This document shows, piece by piece, positions 36,959 through 45,863 of a DNA stretch of 64,000 bases. The notes beneath the pieces were generated by a model, which saw only the letters and a program-made list of their open reading frames with translations, was not told where the DNA came from and did not search any database. Source of the DNA: an uncultured Oscillospiraceae bacterium (lineage in GTDB: Bacteria > Bacillota > Clostridia > Oscillospirales > Oscillospiraceae); NCBI GenBank assembly GCA_934565615.1, contig CAKTIH010000001.1, positions 834 to 64,833 of the forward strand, written 5' to 3'. Position 1 is the first letter of the stretch; every line of letters begins with the position of its first letter. The position numbers were made by a program, and so were the translations under genes.

Positions 36959-37962
36959 CTCCTCTTGAATTTTTTCGGCGGCAGCTTTTTAACAGGCGGC
37001 TCCGCCGGGTTTTTCTTATCGTACACCTCATAGGCTTCGATGATCTTCTGAACAAGGCGGTGACGGACAACGTCAGACCCGGTGAGCTGGCAGATGGCGA
37101 TATCCTCAATACCGTCGAGCACCTTCATGGCAACTTTGAGGCCGCTGGTCTTATCCTCGGGCAGGTCGATCTGCGTAATATCGCCGGTGATGACGACCTT
37201 GGAGCCGAAGCCGATACGGGTCAGGAACATTTTCATCTGCTCACGGGAGGTGTTCTGCGCTTCATCGAGAATAATGAAGCTGTCGTCCAGAGTTCTGCCG
37301 CGCATGTAGGCAAGGGGTGCGACCTCGATATTGCCGCGCTCAAGATATTTCTGATAGGTATCGGCGCCGAGCATATCGAACAGCGCATCATACAATGGGC
37401 GCAGGTACGGATCGACCTTGCTCTGCAGGTCGCCGGGCAGAAAGCCGAGGCGCTCCCCCGCTTCGACGGCGGGACGGGTGAGGATGATGCGGTTGACCTC
37501 CTCGGCGCGGAAAGCCGCAACGGCGGCGGCGACAGCAAGATAGGTCTTGCCGGTACCGGCGGGGCCGATGCCGAGGGTGATGGTATTCTTCGCGATAGCA
37601 TCGCAGTACGCCTTCTGACCAAGCGTCTTTGGCTTGATGGGCTTGCCCTTGGCGGTGATGCAGACGACGTCCCCGGCAAGCTCGTTTATCTTCGTCTCCT
37701 TCCCTTCGGAGACGAGCTTGAGGATATAGCGGACGTTCTGCGCGTCGATATTCTCACCCTTCGCAGCAAGGGTGAGAAGCCCGTTGATGGCCTTTTCGGC
37801 GAGCATGACGCTCTCCTCCTCGCCGCAGATATGGATCATATTATCACGGTCAAGCACCTTGACGCTCAGTTCGTTTTCAATAATGCGCAGGTTCTGGTCA
37901 AAGGAGCCGAACACGCTGATGACATGCTCCATCCTTTCGACTTCTATGGTTTTGTCTATCAT
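36955..37962 (-). CDS. phoH: PhoH-family ATPase
   Basis: Start re-set to ATG 37962, after an AAAGGA RBS. Walker A GPAGTGKTY and Walker B FIILDEAQN. Confidence 0.9.
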   Translation of the reverse strand: MIDKTIEVERMEHVISVFGSFDQNLRIIENELSVKVLDRDNMIHICGEEESVMLAEKAINGLLTLAAKGENIDAQNVRYILKLVSEGKETKINELAGDVVCITAKGKPIKPKTLGQKAYCDAIAKNTITLGIGPAGTGKTYLAVAAAVAAFRAEEVNRIILTRPAVEAGERLGFLPGDLQSKVDPYLRPLYDALFDMLGADTYQKYLERGNIEVAPLAYMRGRTLDDSFIILDEAQNTSREQMKMFLTRIGFGSKVVITGDITQIDLPEDKTSGLKVAMKVLDGIEDIAICQLTGSDVVRHRLVQKIIEAYEVYDKKNPAEPPVKKLPPKKFKRS

Positions 37963-37984
37963 CTTTTTCCTTTCATTCCGCTTG

Positions 37985-39148
37985 TCAATTGATGGTACGG
38001 TCAACGGCTATATTTTCGAGGCAGTGCGCGCGGAGCGTGACGACGAACAGGCCATCAGCACCAGCTTCGGTGAAGCTCTGCTGAAGGATCTGCCCATCCG
38101 TCCCGGCATCGAGGAGTGCGGAGAGATGCAGCTTCATGGCGTCAGCGTCATATCCCGTTCCCTCCGAAAGCTCATAGGGAACATAGCTCTCCTTCACGAT
38201 GCGCAGCGGCAGGGCGAAAAGCCCCTCTGCTCCAAGTGTATATTCTGCAATGATTTTATCACATCCGTCAATAGCTTTTCCACTGCTTAAATATAAATTT
38301 ATGCGTCTTTTTCCAAAAATGATCGCGAAGCGGCTGCGCGTGACGCCCTTTGGCTGCTTGAGCTGCCCCGTCTCGGGGCAGACGGCGTTGAGCTCCGCCC
38401 ATGTATCGGCCATGACGGTGGCTCGCGCATAGACGGTGCGCGGCTCCCCGGCAAGGCTCTCCAAGCTGCCGGTGACAAGAGTCTCCCCTTCTGTCACGGC
38501 CTGCCCCGGCTCGACGAGCGCCTTGCCGCGCAGGACGGAAACGCGGCGGATGATGCCGGGTTTCGAGGCGGCGATATCGGCAGCGCCGGCTTCGTTATAA
38601 ATAACGGGCTTCTCCTCGCACTCCTCGATGAGGACGATGGCGCGTGAGGAGCAGACATTGACGCTCATCCACCCGAGCTGCGGCAGGCGCAGGAGCATTT
38701 TGCTCCGGATCATATCCGAGGAAAGTGACGGCCAGAAGCTGCCGCAGCCGAGGCCGCAGTCCTCAAGCGCGCGCATTATCTCCGCGCGGCTTAAGCGCTT
38801 ATTGCCGCGCACGTCGATGTCCCAGACAAAGAGCGTGGAAACAAGAAAGACCGCCGCGAGCACAGCCGCCGTGACGAGCAGCCACACGCGCCGCCGCGCA
38901 AAGCGCCGGTTCTCGCTGCCGCCGCGGCTCTCAAGAACGGTCATTTCGCAGGAGCAGGCGCGAGCAAGCTCGCGCAGCTTTGCAAGGTCGCCCTCATGGG
39001 CGTTAAAGCGCAGGGTGTTTTCATTGACGCACTCAAGCTCCCACAGCTCCAAAGCGCTCAGAGCGGAGGCATTGAGAAGGCTCTCGGGAAACGCACCGAA
39101 CACCTCTACCCTGACGCGCCCCTTTATTTGCTCAAAGATCCTGTTCAT
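37985..39148 (-). CDS. yqfD: sporulation protein YqfD
   Basis: 387 aa. N-terminus GRVRVEVFGAFPESLLN, a central TM segment, and position after yqfC. Confidence 0.85.
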   Translation of the reverse strand: MNRIFEQIKGRVRVEVFGAFPESLLNASALSALELWELECVNENTLRFNAHEGDLAKLRELARACSCEMTVLESRGGSENRRFARRRVWLLVTAAVLAAVFLVSTLFVWDIDVRGNKRLSRAEIMRALEDCGLGCGSFWPSLSSDMIRSKMLLRLPQLGWMSVNVCSSRAIVLIEECEEKPVIYNEAGAADIAASKPGIIRRVSVLRGKALVEPGQAVTEGETLVTGSLESLAGEPRTVYARATVMADTWAELNAVCPETGQLKQPKGVTRSRFAIIFGKRRINLYLSSGKAIDGCDKIIAEYTLGAEGLFALPLRIVKESYVPYELSEGTGYDADAMKLHLSALLDAGTDGQILQQSFTEAGADGLFVVTLRAHCLENIAVDRTIN

Positions 39149-39151
39149 AAG

Positions 39152-39433
39152 CTAACCCCACTCGATATTCCTGATACGTCCGCCCACCAGCAGCTCATTC
39201 TTATTCATGGCCTTCAGGCGCAGCCCTGTGCCGTCAAGGCAGACTTTGCCGCGCGGAACGGCGACGACAATGCGCTCGGCGGTATACTCGAGCACACCGC
39301 GGTGATTTTCTATAACGGCGCTCCTGCCGCCCGTCACGGTCAGCTTACCGGAGCCGAGCAGCACATCCTCCGGCAGCTCCAGCTTATCTGCCAGCTCATA
39401 CGGAAGCTCCCGCAGCTTTTTCACGGGCAGCAC
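39152..39433 (-). CDS. yqfC: sporulation protein YqfC (YabP/YqfC family)
   Basis: 93 aa. LTVTGGRSAVIENHRGVLEYT is typical of the family. Confidence 0.85.
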   Translation of the reverse strand: MLPVKKLRELPYELADKLELPEDVLLGSGKLTVTGGRSAVIENHRGVLEYTAERIVVAVPRGKVCLDGTGLRLKAMNKNELLVGGRIRNIEWG

Positions 39434-39504
39434 CTCCTATCCGATCTGTATAAATCTATGCCGCGAAACATAGCATGATACATGGACAAGGGAGGGATGG
39501 CACG

Positions 39505-40461
39505 ATGAACAGAAGGCTTGCGGTGACGGCGGCACTATGCGCGATGGCGGCGCTGATATTCTCGGCAAAGGAGGCGGCGGCAGCCTGTCTCAATGCGCTG
39601 GAGCTGTGCGGAAGGATGATAATCCCGGCGCTGTTCCCGTTCTTTGTGCTGTCGATACTCCTCAACCGTCTCGGTCTGCCGGGGATGCTGGGCAAGGTCT
39701 TTGCGCCGTTTGCCTCCCGGCTTTACGGAATAAGCGGTGCGGGAGCTTCGGCGCTGCTCATCGGCCTGACGGGCGGCTACCCGCTCGGCGCGGCGTACAT
39801 CGCGGACATGGAAAGACAGGGCTCCATAACGGCAAGCGAGGGAGAGCGGCTGCTCGGCTTCTGCAACAACTCGGGACCCGCGTTCATCATCGGCGCTGTG
39901 GGCAGCGGGGTGTTCGGCTCGGTAAAGATCGGGCTGCTGCTATATGCGGTACATATCTTCTCGGCGCTCGCGGCGGGGCTGTTTTTCAGAAACCGCAGCT
40001 TCTGCGGAGAGACGCAGCCGGTGCTGCTGGAAAGCGTTGACACGGGTTCGGTACTGCCGGAGGCGGTGAAGCAGGCGGTCGCATCGATACTGAACGTATG
40101 CGGGTTTGTGCTGTGCTTTTCGGTGATAGTGGGCTTACTTGACGCGAAGGGGCTGTTCTCCCTCGCCTGCGGTTTCCTGTCATCGCACCTCGGCTGGGAG
40201 CTGCACTTTTCCCGCGCACTGCTGACGGGCGTATTGGAGTTAGGCAGCGCCGCGGGAGCGATGGCGGGGCTTGACCTCACGCCGCACAACCTCGCGCTCG
40301 CGGCGGGCGTACTCGGCTGGGGCGGACTGTCGGTACACTTTCAAACGCTGGCAGTGCTGGCGGGGAGCAAAATAAAAGGCGCCCTGCATCTGACAGGGCG
40401 CCTGATAAGCGCGAGCATCGCCGCGGTGACGGCGTATATAATAGGGGTGGTTTTGCTTTAG
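39505..40461 (+). CDS. ylbJ: sporulation integral membrane protein YlbJ (nucleoside-recognition/Gate domain)
   Basis: Start re-set to ATG 39505, after AAGGGAGGG. LELCGRMIIPALFPFFVLS and multiple TM segments. Confidence 0.8.
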   Translation: MNRRLAVTAALCAMAALIFSAKEAAAACLNALELCGRMIIPALFPFFVLSILLNRLGLPGMLGKVFAPFASRLYGISGAGASALLIGLTGGYPLGAAYIADMERQGSITASEGERLLGFCNNSGPAFIIGAVGSGVFGSVKIGLLLYAVHIFSALAAGLFFRNRSFCGETQPVLLESVDTGSVLPEAVKQAVASILNVCGFVLCFSVIVGLLDAKGLFSLACGFLSSHLGWELHFSRALLTGVLELGSAAGAMAGLDLTPHNLALAAGVLGWGGLSVHFQTLAVLAGSKIKGALHLTGRLISASIAAVTAYIIGVVLL

Positions 40462-40484
40462 AAAAGCAGGCATTGTTGACTGCA

Positions 40485-40561
40485 CAGGCAGCCGGAGATT
40501 TTTATCCCCTCAGGCGCTTACGCGCCAGCTCCCCTTGCAACAAGGGGAGCCTTGTTGGGGG
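40485..40561 (+). repeat. R2 repeat, copy 1 (two-hairpin intergenic element)
   Basis: Matches 51358-51438: CCGGrG-TTTTATCCCCTCAG, a variable hairpin (GGCGC-TTAC-GCGCC here), then AGCTCCCCTTG-loop-CAAGGGGAGCCTTG. Lies between convergent ylbJ and bofA. Confidence 0.8.
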
Positions 40562-40571
40562 CGCAGCTATT

Positions 40572-40835
40572 TTAAAAGAACAGCTTCAAGACGATCAGAA
40601 ACGCGACGCCGGGGATGCCGAACACACCGGAGATAAGGCAGTTGATAAAATTCATGGGCAGTGAAAAATCAAAAAAGCCGCTTATGAAATTGGCGATAAT
40701 AAGAAGCAGAAACCCGGAAACGGCGTTTATAAGAATTTTGAACACGAGCTTCACCGGCGCGGCAAGCAGCTTTATGACAACGACGATCGACAGCACAAGC
40801 GCAATTGCCGTAAAGATAAGAGAGGCGGTTTCCAT
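40572..40835 (-). CDS. bofA: pro-sigmaK processing inhibitor BofA
   Basis: 87 aa, two TM segments. NAVSGFLLLIIANF...GVFGIPGVAFLIVL is typical of BofA. Confidence 0.85.
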   Translation of the reverse strand: METASLIFTAIALVLSIVVVIKLLAAPVKLVFKILINAVSGFLLLIIANFISGFFDFSLPMNFINCLISGVFGIPGVAFLIVLKLFF

Positions 40836-41044
40836 ATTTATACCATGACCCTTTCAGTTCCATTTTTTGTATGAGTATCCGCGGCACGCATCGGAGATAA
40901 TAGAAGCAGACAGATTCCCGGCGGAACAGACAGAGAAAGCCGCAGGATATATGACCGTATATTGTTTAATATATGGATACATCCAAAACGGGAAAATGTC
41001 AAGCGTGCGGAGAGTTTTCCCGTAAAAAGAAAATATCCGGCGCG

Positions 41045-41073
41045 GGGCGGGCTGCATCAGCAGCCCGCCTTTT
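41045..41073 (+). terminator. orphan plus-strand intrinsic terminator (no annotated plus-strand gene upstream)
   Basis: GGCGGGCTGC (41045-41054), loop ATCA, GCAGCCCGCC (41059-41068), then TTTTG. Confidence 0.6.
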
Positions 41074-41109
41074 GCACTTGTGTTCGCGCTTTTTCAGCAC
41101 TCGTTTCGC

Positions 41110-41137
41110 TTGAAAAATGTTGGAAATGTGTTATACT
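41110..41137 (+). promoter_or_regulatory. extended -10 sigmaA promoter of the topoisomerase operon
   Basis: TTGAAA (41110-41115), 16-nt spacer ending in TGT, TATACT (41132-41137). Confidence 0.55.
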
Positions 41138-41233
41138 ATATGAGTTAAAATAGAGGGGCATGTGCCCGTAGGTTTATCATATTGTTATTGTACGCAGCGT
41201 TCTTCGCGCGCGTACCCGAAAGGTCAAGCATTT

Positions 41234-43228
41234 ATGAGCAGCACATCACCGCAATACGGAAACGACAGCATATCCCAGCTCAAGGGCGCGGACAGAGTAA
41301 GAAAGCGCCCGGGGGTCATATTCGGCTCGGACGGGCTGGACGGCTGCGAGCATGCCGTATTTGAAATTCTCTCGAACGCCATCGACGAGGCGAGAGAGGG
41401 CTACGGCAATCTTATCACTCTCACATATTTTAAGGACAAGTCAATAGAGGTTGCGGACTTCGGACGCGGCTGCCCGCTCGACTGGAACCCGAACGAGAAG
41501 CGCTACAACTGGGAGCTGGTATTCTGCGAGCTGTACGCCGGCGGCAAGTACAAGAACGACGCGGGCGGCGACTATGAATTTTCCCTCGGCCTCAACGGTC
41601 TCGGCTCCTGCGCGACGCAGTACGCATCGGAATACATGGATGTAACGGTCTGGCGCGACGGGAACAAATATTCCCTGCACTTCAAAAAGGGCGAGGTAGT
41701 CGGCAAGAAGGGCAAGGAACTCACAATAGAGCCCGCCGACCGGAAGAAAACCGGCACGATGATACGCTGGCGGCCGGACGTCGAGGTGTTCACGGACATC
41801 GACATCCCCGAGGAATACTTTGACGACATGCTGCACAGGCAGGCGGTCGTGAACGCGGGTGTCACGTTCCGGCTGCGCATAGAAAAGGACGCAGGCTTTG
41901 AGACACGCGACTACTGCTACGAAAACGGCATAGTCGACTACGTAAAGGAACTGGCGGGGGGCGCCGCATTCACGGAACCGGAGTTCATCTCCGCCGAGCG
42001 CAAGGGACGCGACCGTGAGGACAAGGGCGACTACAAGGTCAAGATTTCCGCGGCGTTCTGCTTCTCGAACAAGACCAGCGCTCTGGAATATTACCACAAC
42101 TCCTCATGGCTGGAAAACGGCGGCGCACCTGACAAGGCCGTGAAGCTCGCCTTCACCTCGGCGATAGACGCGTATATAAAGCAGGCGGGCAAGTACCAGA
42201 AGAACGAATCCGCGATAAAGTTCCAGGACGTACAGGACTGCCTGATACTTGTGACAAACTGCTTCTCAACGCAGACCTCCTACGAGAACCAGACGAAGAA
42301 AGCGATAAACAACCGCTTCATACAGACCTCGATGACGGAGTTTTTCAAGGCACAGTTAGAGGTATACTTCATTGAGAACAAGCCCGAGGCCGACAGGATA
42401 GCCGACCAGGTGCTGATAAACAAGCGCAGCCGCGAGACGGCGGAGCGCGCGCGGCAGGGCATGAAAAAGAAGCTCTCCGGCAGCATCGATATTGCGAACC
42501 GCGTGCAGAAGTTTGTCGACTGCCGCAGCCGCGACCCGGAGCGCCGCGAGATATACATCGTGGAGGGCGACTCCGCACTCGGCGCGTGCAAGCTCTCGCG
42601 CGATGCGGAGTTTCAGGGGATCATGCCGGTGCGAGGCAAGATACTCAACTGCCTGAAAGCGGACTACGTGAGGATATTCAAGAGCGACGTCATCACAGAC
42701 CTGATGAAGGTGCTCGGCTGCGGGGTCGAGGTCAAGGACAAGCACGTAAAGGATCTGTCAAGCTTCGACCTCAACAACCTGCGCTGGAACAAGGTCATAA
42801 TCTGCACCGATGCGGACGTCGACGGCTTCCAGATACGCACGCTTATACTCACGATGCTCTACCGGCTCGTGCCGACGCTTATAAACATGGGGTATGTGTA
42901 CATCGCGGAGTCACCGCTGTACGAGATAGAATCCAAGGGCAAGACCTATTTTGCATACTCCGAGCGCGAGAAGGCGGAGATCATCGACTCACTCAAGGGA
43001 GCGAAGGCGAGCATCAGCCGCAGCAAGGGTCTCGGCGAGAACGACCCGGACATGATGTGGATGACCACGATGAACCCGGAGACGCGCAGACTCATAAAGG
43101 TAATGCCGGAGGATATAGAGCGCATGGCGCAGACCTTTGATCTGCTGCTGGGCGATAACCTTGAAGGCAGGAAAAATCATATCGCCGAGTTCGGACACCT
43201 GTATCTGGACCTGGCAGACATATCATAA
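41234..43228 (+). CDS. parE: type IIA DNA topoisomerase subunit B (ParE/GyrB-like, divergent)
   Basis: Start re-set to ATG 41234. GHKL ATPase N-box EILSNAIDEA. Toprim EIYIVEGDSALG and ICTDADVDG. The B versus ParE assignment is tentative. Confidence 0.85.
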   Translation: MSSTSPQYGNDSISQLKGADRVRKRPGVIFGSDGLDGCEHAVFEILSNAIDEAREGYGNLITLTYFKDKSIEVADFGRGCPLDWNPNEKRYNWELVFCELYAGGKYKNDAGGDYEFSLGLNGLGSCATQYASEYMDVTVWRDGNKYSLHFKKGEVVGKKGKELTIEPADRKKTGTMIRWRPDVEVFTDIDIPEEYFDDMLHRQAVVNAGVTFRLRIEKDAGFETRDYCYENGIVDYVKELAGGAAFTEPEFISAERKGRDREDKGDYKVKISAAFCFSNKTSALEYYHNSSWLENGGAPDKAVKLAFTSAIDAYIKQAGKYQKNESAIKFQDVQDCLILVTNCFSTQTSYENQTKKAINNRFIQTSMTEFFKAQLEVYFIENKPEADRIADQVLINKRSRETAERARQGMKKKLSGSIDIANRVQKFVDCRSRDPERREIYIVEGDSALGACKLSRDAEFQGIMPVRGKILNCLKADYVRIFKSDVITDLMKVLGCGVEVKDKHVKDLSSFDLNNLRWNKVIICTDADVDGFQIRTLILTMLYRLVPTLINMGYVYIAESPLYEIESKGKTYFAYSEREKAEIIDSLKGAKASISRSKGLGENDPDMMWMTTMNPETRRLIKVMPEDIERMAQTFDLLLGDNLEGRKNHIAEFGHLYLDLADIS

Positions 43229-43248
43229 ATCATGGGGAGACATAGAGA

Positions 43249-43563
43249 ATGAGAAACTACTCAACTTTCACAAACAACTTCACCTACGGCAGGGACCTTG
43301 TAAAGAAGCTCGTCATCGCGGCGGCCATCGCGTGCGTGCTCGGTCTGCTCACGCAGAGCAATCCCACACTGCAGCTCATCTTCGTCGTCGCGTCGACGCT
43401 CGTATTCGCCTACGCGATATACGTCATCTTCAAGTTCTGCCGCTGCCCGAGCTGCAACAAGGTCATCTTCTTCGGCCTGCTCGCGGCAAAGACCTGCCCG
43501 CGCTGCAAGCGCAGCCTCACCACCGGCCAGAAGGTCAAGAAGAGCAAGGCGGCAAAATACTGA
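43249..43563 (+). CDS. small membrane protein with a C-terminal zinc ribbon (hypothetical)
   Basis: 104 aa. Two TM segments, then CRCPSC-x16-CPRC. GGGGAG RBS. Sits between the B and A subunit genes. Confidence 0.6.
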   Translation: MRNYSTFTNNFTYGRDLVKKLVIAAAIACVLGLLTQSNPTLQLIFVVASTLVFAYAIYVIFKFCRCPSCNKVIFFGLLAAKTCPRCKRSLTTGQKVKKSKAAKY

Positions 43564-43601
43564 TATCCGGCGCTCGATGCCGGAGATAAGGGCGTAAAGC
43601 A

Positions 43602-45842
43602 ATGGCAAAGAAAACACCACAGGAAAAGAAAAGCTACAACAACCCAAACGTCGTCGGCCTGCGCGCCGAGGTGCTGGAGCAGCCGATAACCGAGACGCTC
43701 GAGACAAACTACATGCCATACGCGATGTCGGTAATAGTCTCGCGCGCGATACCGGAGATAGACGGCTTCAAGCCCTCGCACAGAAAGCTGCTGTACACGA
43801 TGTTCAAGATGGGGCTGCTGACGGGCGCGCGCACGAAGAGCGCGAACATCGTCGGCCAGACGATGCGCTTAAACCCCCACGGCGACGCGGCGATATACGA
43901 GACGATGGTGCGCCTTTCGGCGGGCTATCAGGCGCTGCTGACGCCGTTTGTCGACTCCAAGGGCAACTTCGGCAAGGTCTTCTCGCGCGACATGTCCTAT
44001 GCGGCGTCGCGTTACACCGAGGCTAAGCTCTCCGCGATATGCGCAGAGCTCTTCCGCGACATTGACAAGGACACGGTCGACCTCGTGGACAACTACGACG
44101 GGAGCATGAAGGAGCCGTCGCTTCTGCCGACGGCGTTTCCGAACGTGCTGGTATCGGCGAACATGGGCATCGCGGTCGGCATGGCAAGCCAGATATGCGG
44201 CTTTAACCTCGCCGAGGTCTGCGACACGACAGTCGCGTGGCTGCGCGACCCGGAGCATGACCTGCTCTCGACCATGCCGGCACCGGACTTTCCCACCGGC
44301 GGTGAGATCATCTACGACCGCGCGCAGATGGAGAGCATCTACCGCACGGGACGCGGCAGCTTCAAGGTGCGGGCGCGCTGGCGCTATATCCAGAAAGAGA
44401 ACATAATAGAGATATACGAAATTCCGTATACCACGACCTCTGAAGCGATCATCGACAAGGTCGCGGAGCTTATAAAGACGGGGAAGATACGCGAGATAAA
44501 CGACATGCGCGACGAGACCGATCTGAGCGGTCTGCGCCTGGCGATAGACCTCAAGCGCGGAGCGGACCCCGACAAGCTCATGCAGAAGCTCTTCCGCATG
44601 ACGACGCTCCAGGACGCGTTCCCCTGCAACTTCAACATCCTCGTTGCGGGCAACCCGCGCGTGATGGGTGTGGGCGAGATACTCGAGGAGTGGACGGCGT
44701 GGCGCATCGAGTGCATCCGCCGCCGCGTGTTCTTCGACCTCAACAAGAAGAAGGAGAAGCTGCACCTGCTCAAGGGTCTTGAGCGGATACTGCTCGACAT
44801 TGACCGCGCGATAGACATCATCCGCAACACCGAGCTTGAGAGCGAGGTCGTGCCGAACCTGATGATGGGCTTCGGGATAGACCAGACGCAGGCGGAGTTC
44901 GTCGCGGAGATCAAGCTGCGCAACATAAACCGCGAATATATCCTCAAGCGCACCTCCGAGACGGAAGAACTTGAGCGCGACATCGAGGAGCTGGAATCGA
45001 TAGTCAACAACCGCCGCAAGCTCAAAGCGATCATCATCGACGAGCTCAAGGCGATATCCAAGAAGTACGGCGCGCCGAGAAAAACCGGCATCGTCTACGC
45101 ATCCGAGCTTGAGGAGCCGGACGAAGAGGAGCAGGTCGAGGACTACGCCGTGACGCTGTTCCTCTCGCGCGAGGGCTACTTCAAGAAGATAACCGCGCAG
45201 TCGCTGCGCATGAGCGGCGAGCAGAAGTACAAGGACGGCGACGAACTGGCGGTCAGCTTCGAGTCCACGAACCGCGCAGAGCTGCTGTTTCTCACCGACA
45301 AGCAGCAGATGTACAAGGCGCGCGTGTCCGACTTTGAGGACGGCAAGGCGTCCGTGCTCGGCATATATCTGCCGACGCGGCTCAAGATGGACGAGGGCGA
45401 GAGCGTCATTGCGATGATCGACCCCGGCGACTATAAGAAGCACCTGCTGCTGATATTCGAAAACGGCAAGGCCGCGCGCATCGAGCTGTCGGCCTACGAG
45501 ACGAAGACGAACCGGCGCAAGCTCGTCGGCGCGTGCTCGGACAAGAGCCCGGTAAAGGCCGTGATGCTCATAGGCGAGGAGTTCGACGTCGCCTGCTACT
45601 CAAGCGACGGGCGGGCAATGATATTCAACACAGCACTGCTCCAGCCCAAGACCAGCCGCAGCACACAGGGCGTGGCAGTGATGAGCCTCAAGGCAAAGCG
45701 CGTACTCGAAAAGGCGCTGCCGCTCAAGGACAGCGATATCCAGAACACCGCACGCTACAGGGTGCGCAGCATCCCGGCGGCGGGCGCACTCATAAAGGGC
45801 GAGGACAGGGCGGAAAAGCAGCTGTCGCTCATGGACGAATAA
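43602..45842 (+). CDS. parC: type IIA DNA topoisomerase subunit A (ParC/GyrA-like, divergent, no obvious GyrA box)
   Basis: 746 aa. YMPYAMSVIVSRAIP, HPHGD-like NPHGDAAIYETMVRL, and catalytic Tyr in AASRYTEAKL. Confidence 0.85.
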   Translation: MAKKTPQEKKSYNNPNVVGLRAEVLEQPITETLETNYMPYAMSVIVSRAIPEIDGFKPSHRKLLYTMFKMGLLTGARTKSANIVGQTMRLNPHGDAAIYETMVRLSAGYQALLTPFVDSKGNFGKVFSRDMSYAASRYTEAKLSAICAELFRDIDKDTVDLVDNYDGSMKEPSLLPTAFPNVLVSANMGIAVGMASQICGFNLAEVCDTTVAWLRDPEHDLLSTMPAPDFPTGGEIIYDRAQMESIYRTGRGSFKVRARWRYIQKENIIEIYEIPYTTTSEAIIDKVAELIKTGKIREINDMRDETDLSGLRLAIDLKRGADPDKLMQKLFRMTTLQDAFPCNFNILVAGNPRVMGVGEILEEWTAWRIECIRRRVFFDLNKKKEKLHLLKGLERILLDIDRAIDIIRNTELESEVVPNLMMGFGIDQTQAEFVAEIKLRNINREYILKRTSETEELERDIEELESIVNNRRKLKAIIIDELKAISKKYGAPRKTGIVYASELEEPDEEEQVEDYAVTLFLSREGYFKKITAQSLRMSGEQKYKDGDELAVSFESTNRAELLFLTDKQQMYKARVSDFEDGKASVLGIYLPTRLKMDEGESVIAMIDPGDYKKHLLLIFENGKAARIELSAYETKTNRRKLVGACSDKSPVKAVMLIGEEFDVACYSSDGRAMIFNTALLQPKTSRSTQGVAVMSLKAKRVLEKALPLKDSDIQNTARYRVRSIPAAGALIKGEDRAEKQLSLMDE

Positions 45843-45863
45843 GATAAAATAAAGGAGAAGCAT

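Noticed and set aside
40473-40664. 63-aa plus-strand ORF starting after ylbJ
   Set aside because: It reads straight through the R2 repeat and then antisense into bofA. It has no RBS and is a likely artefact of the repeat.
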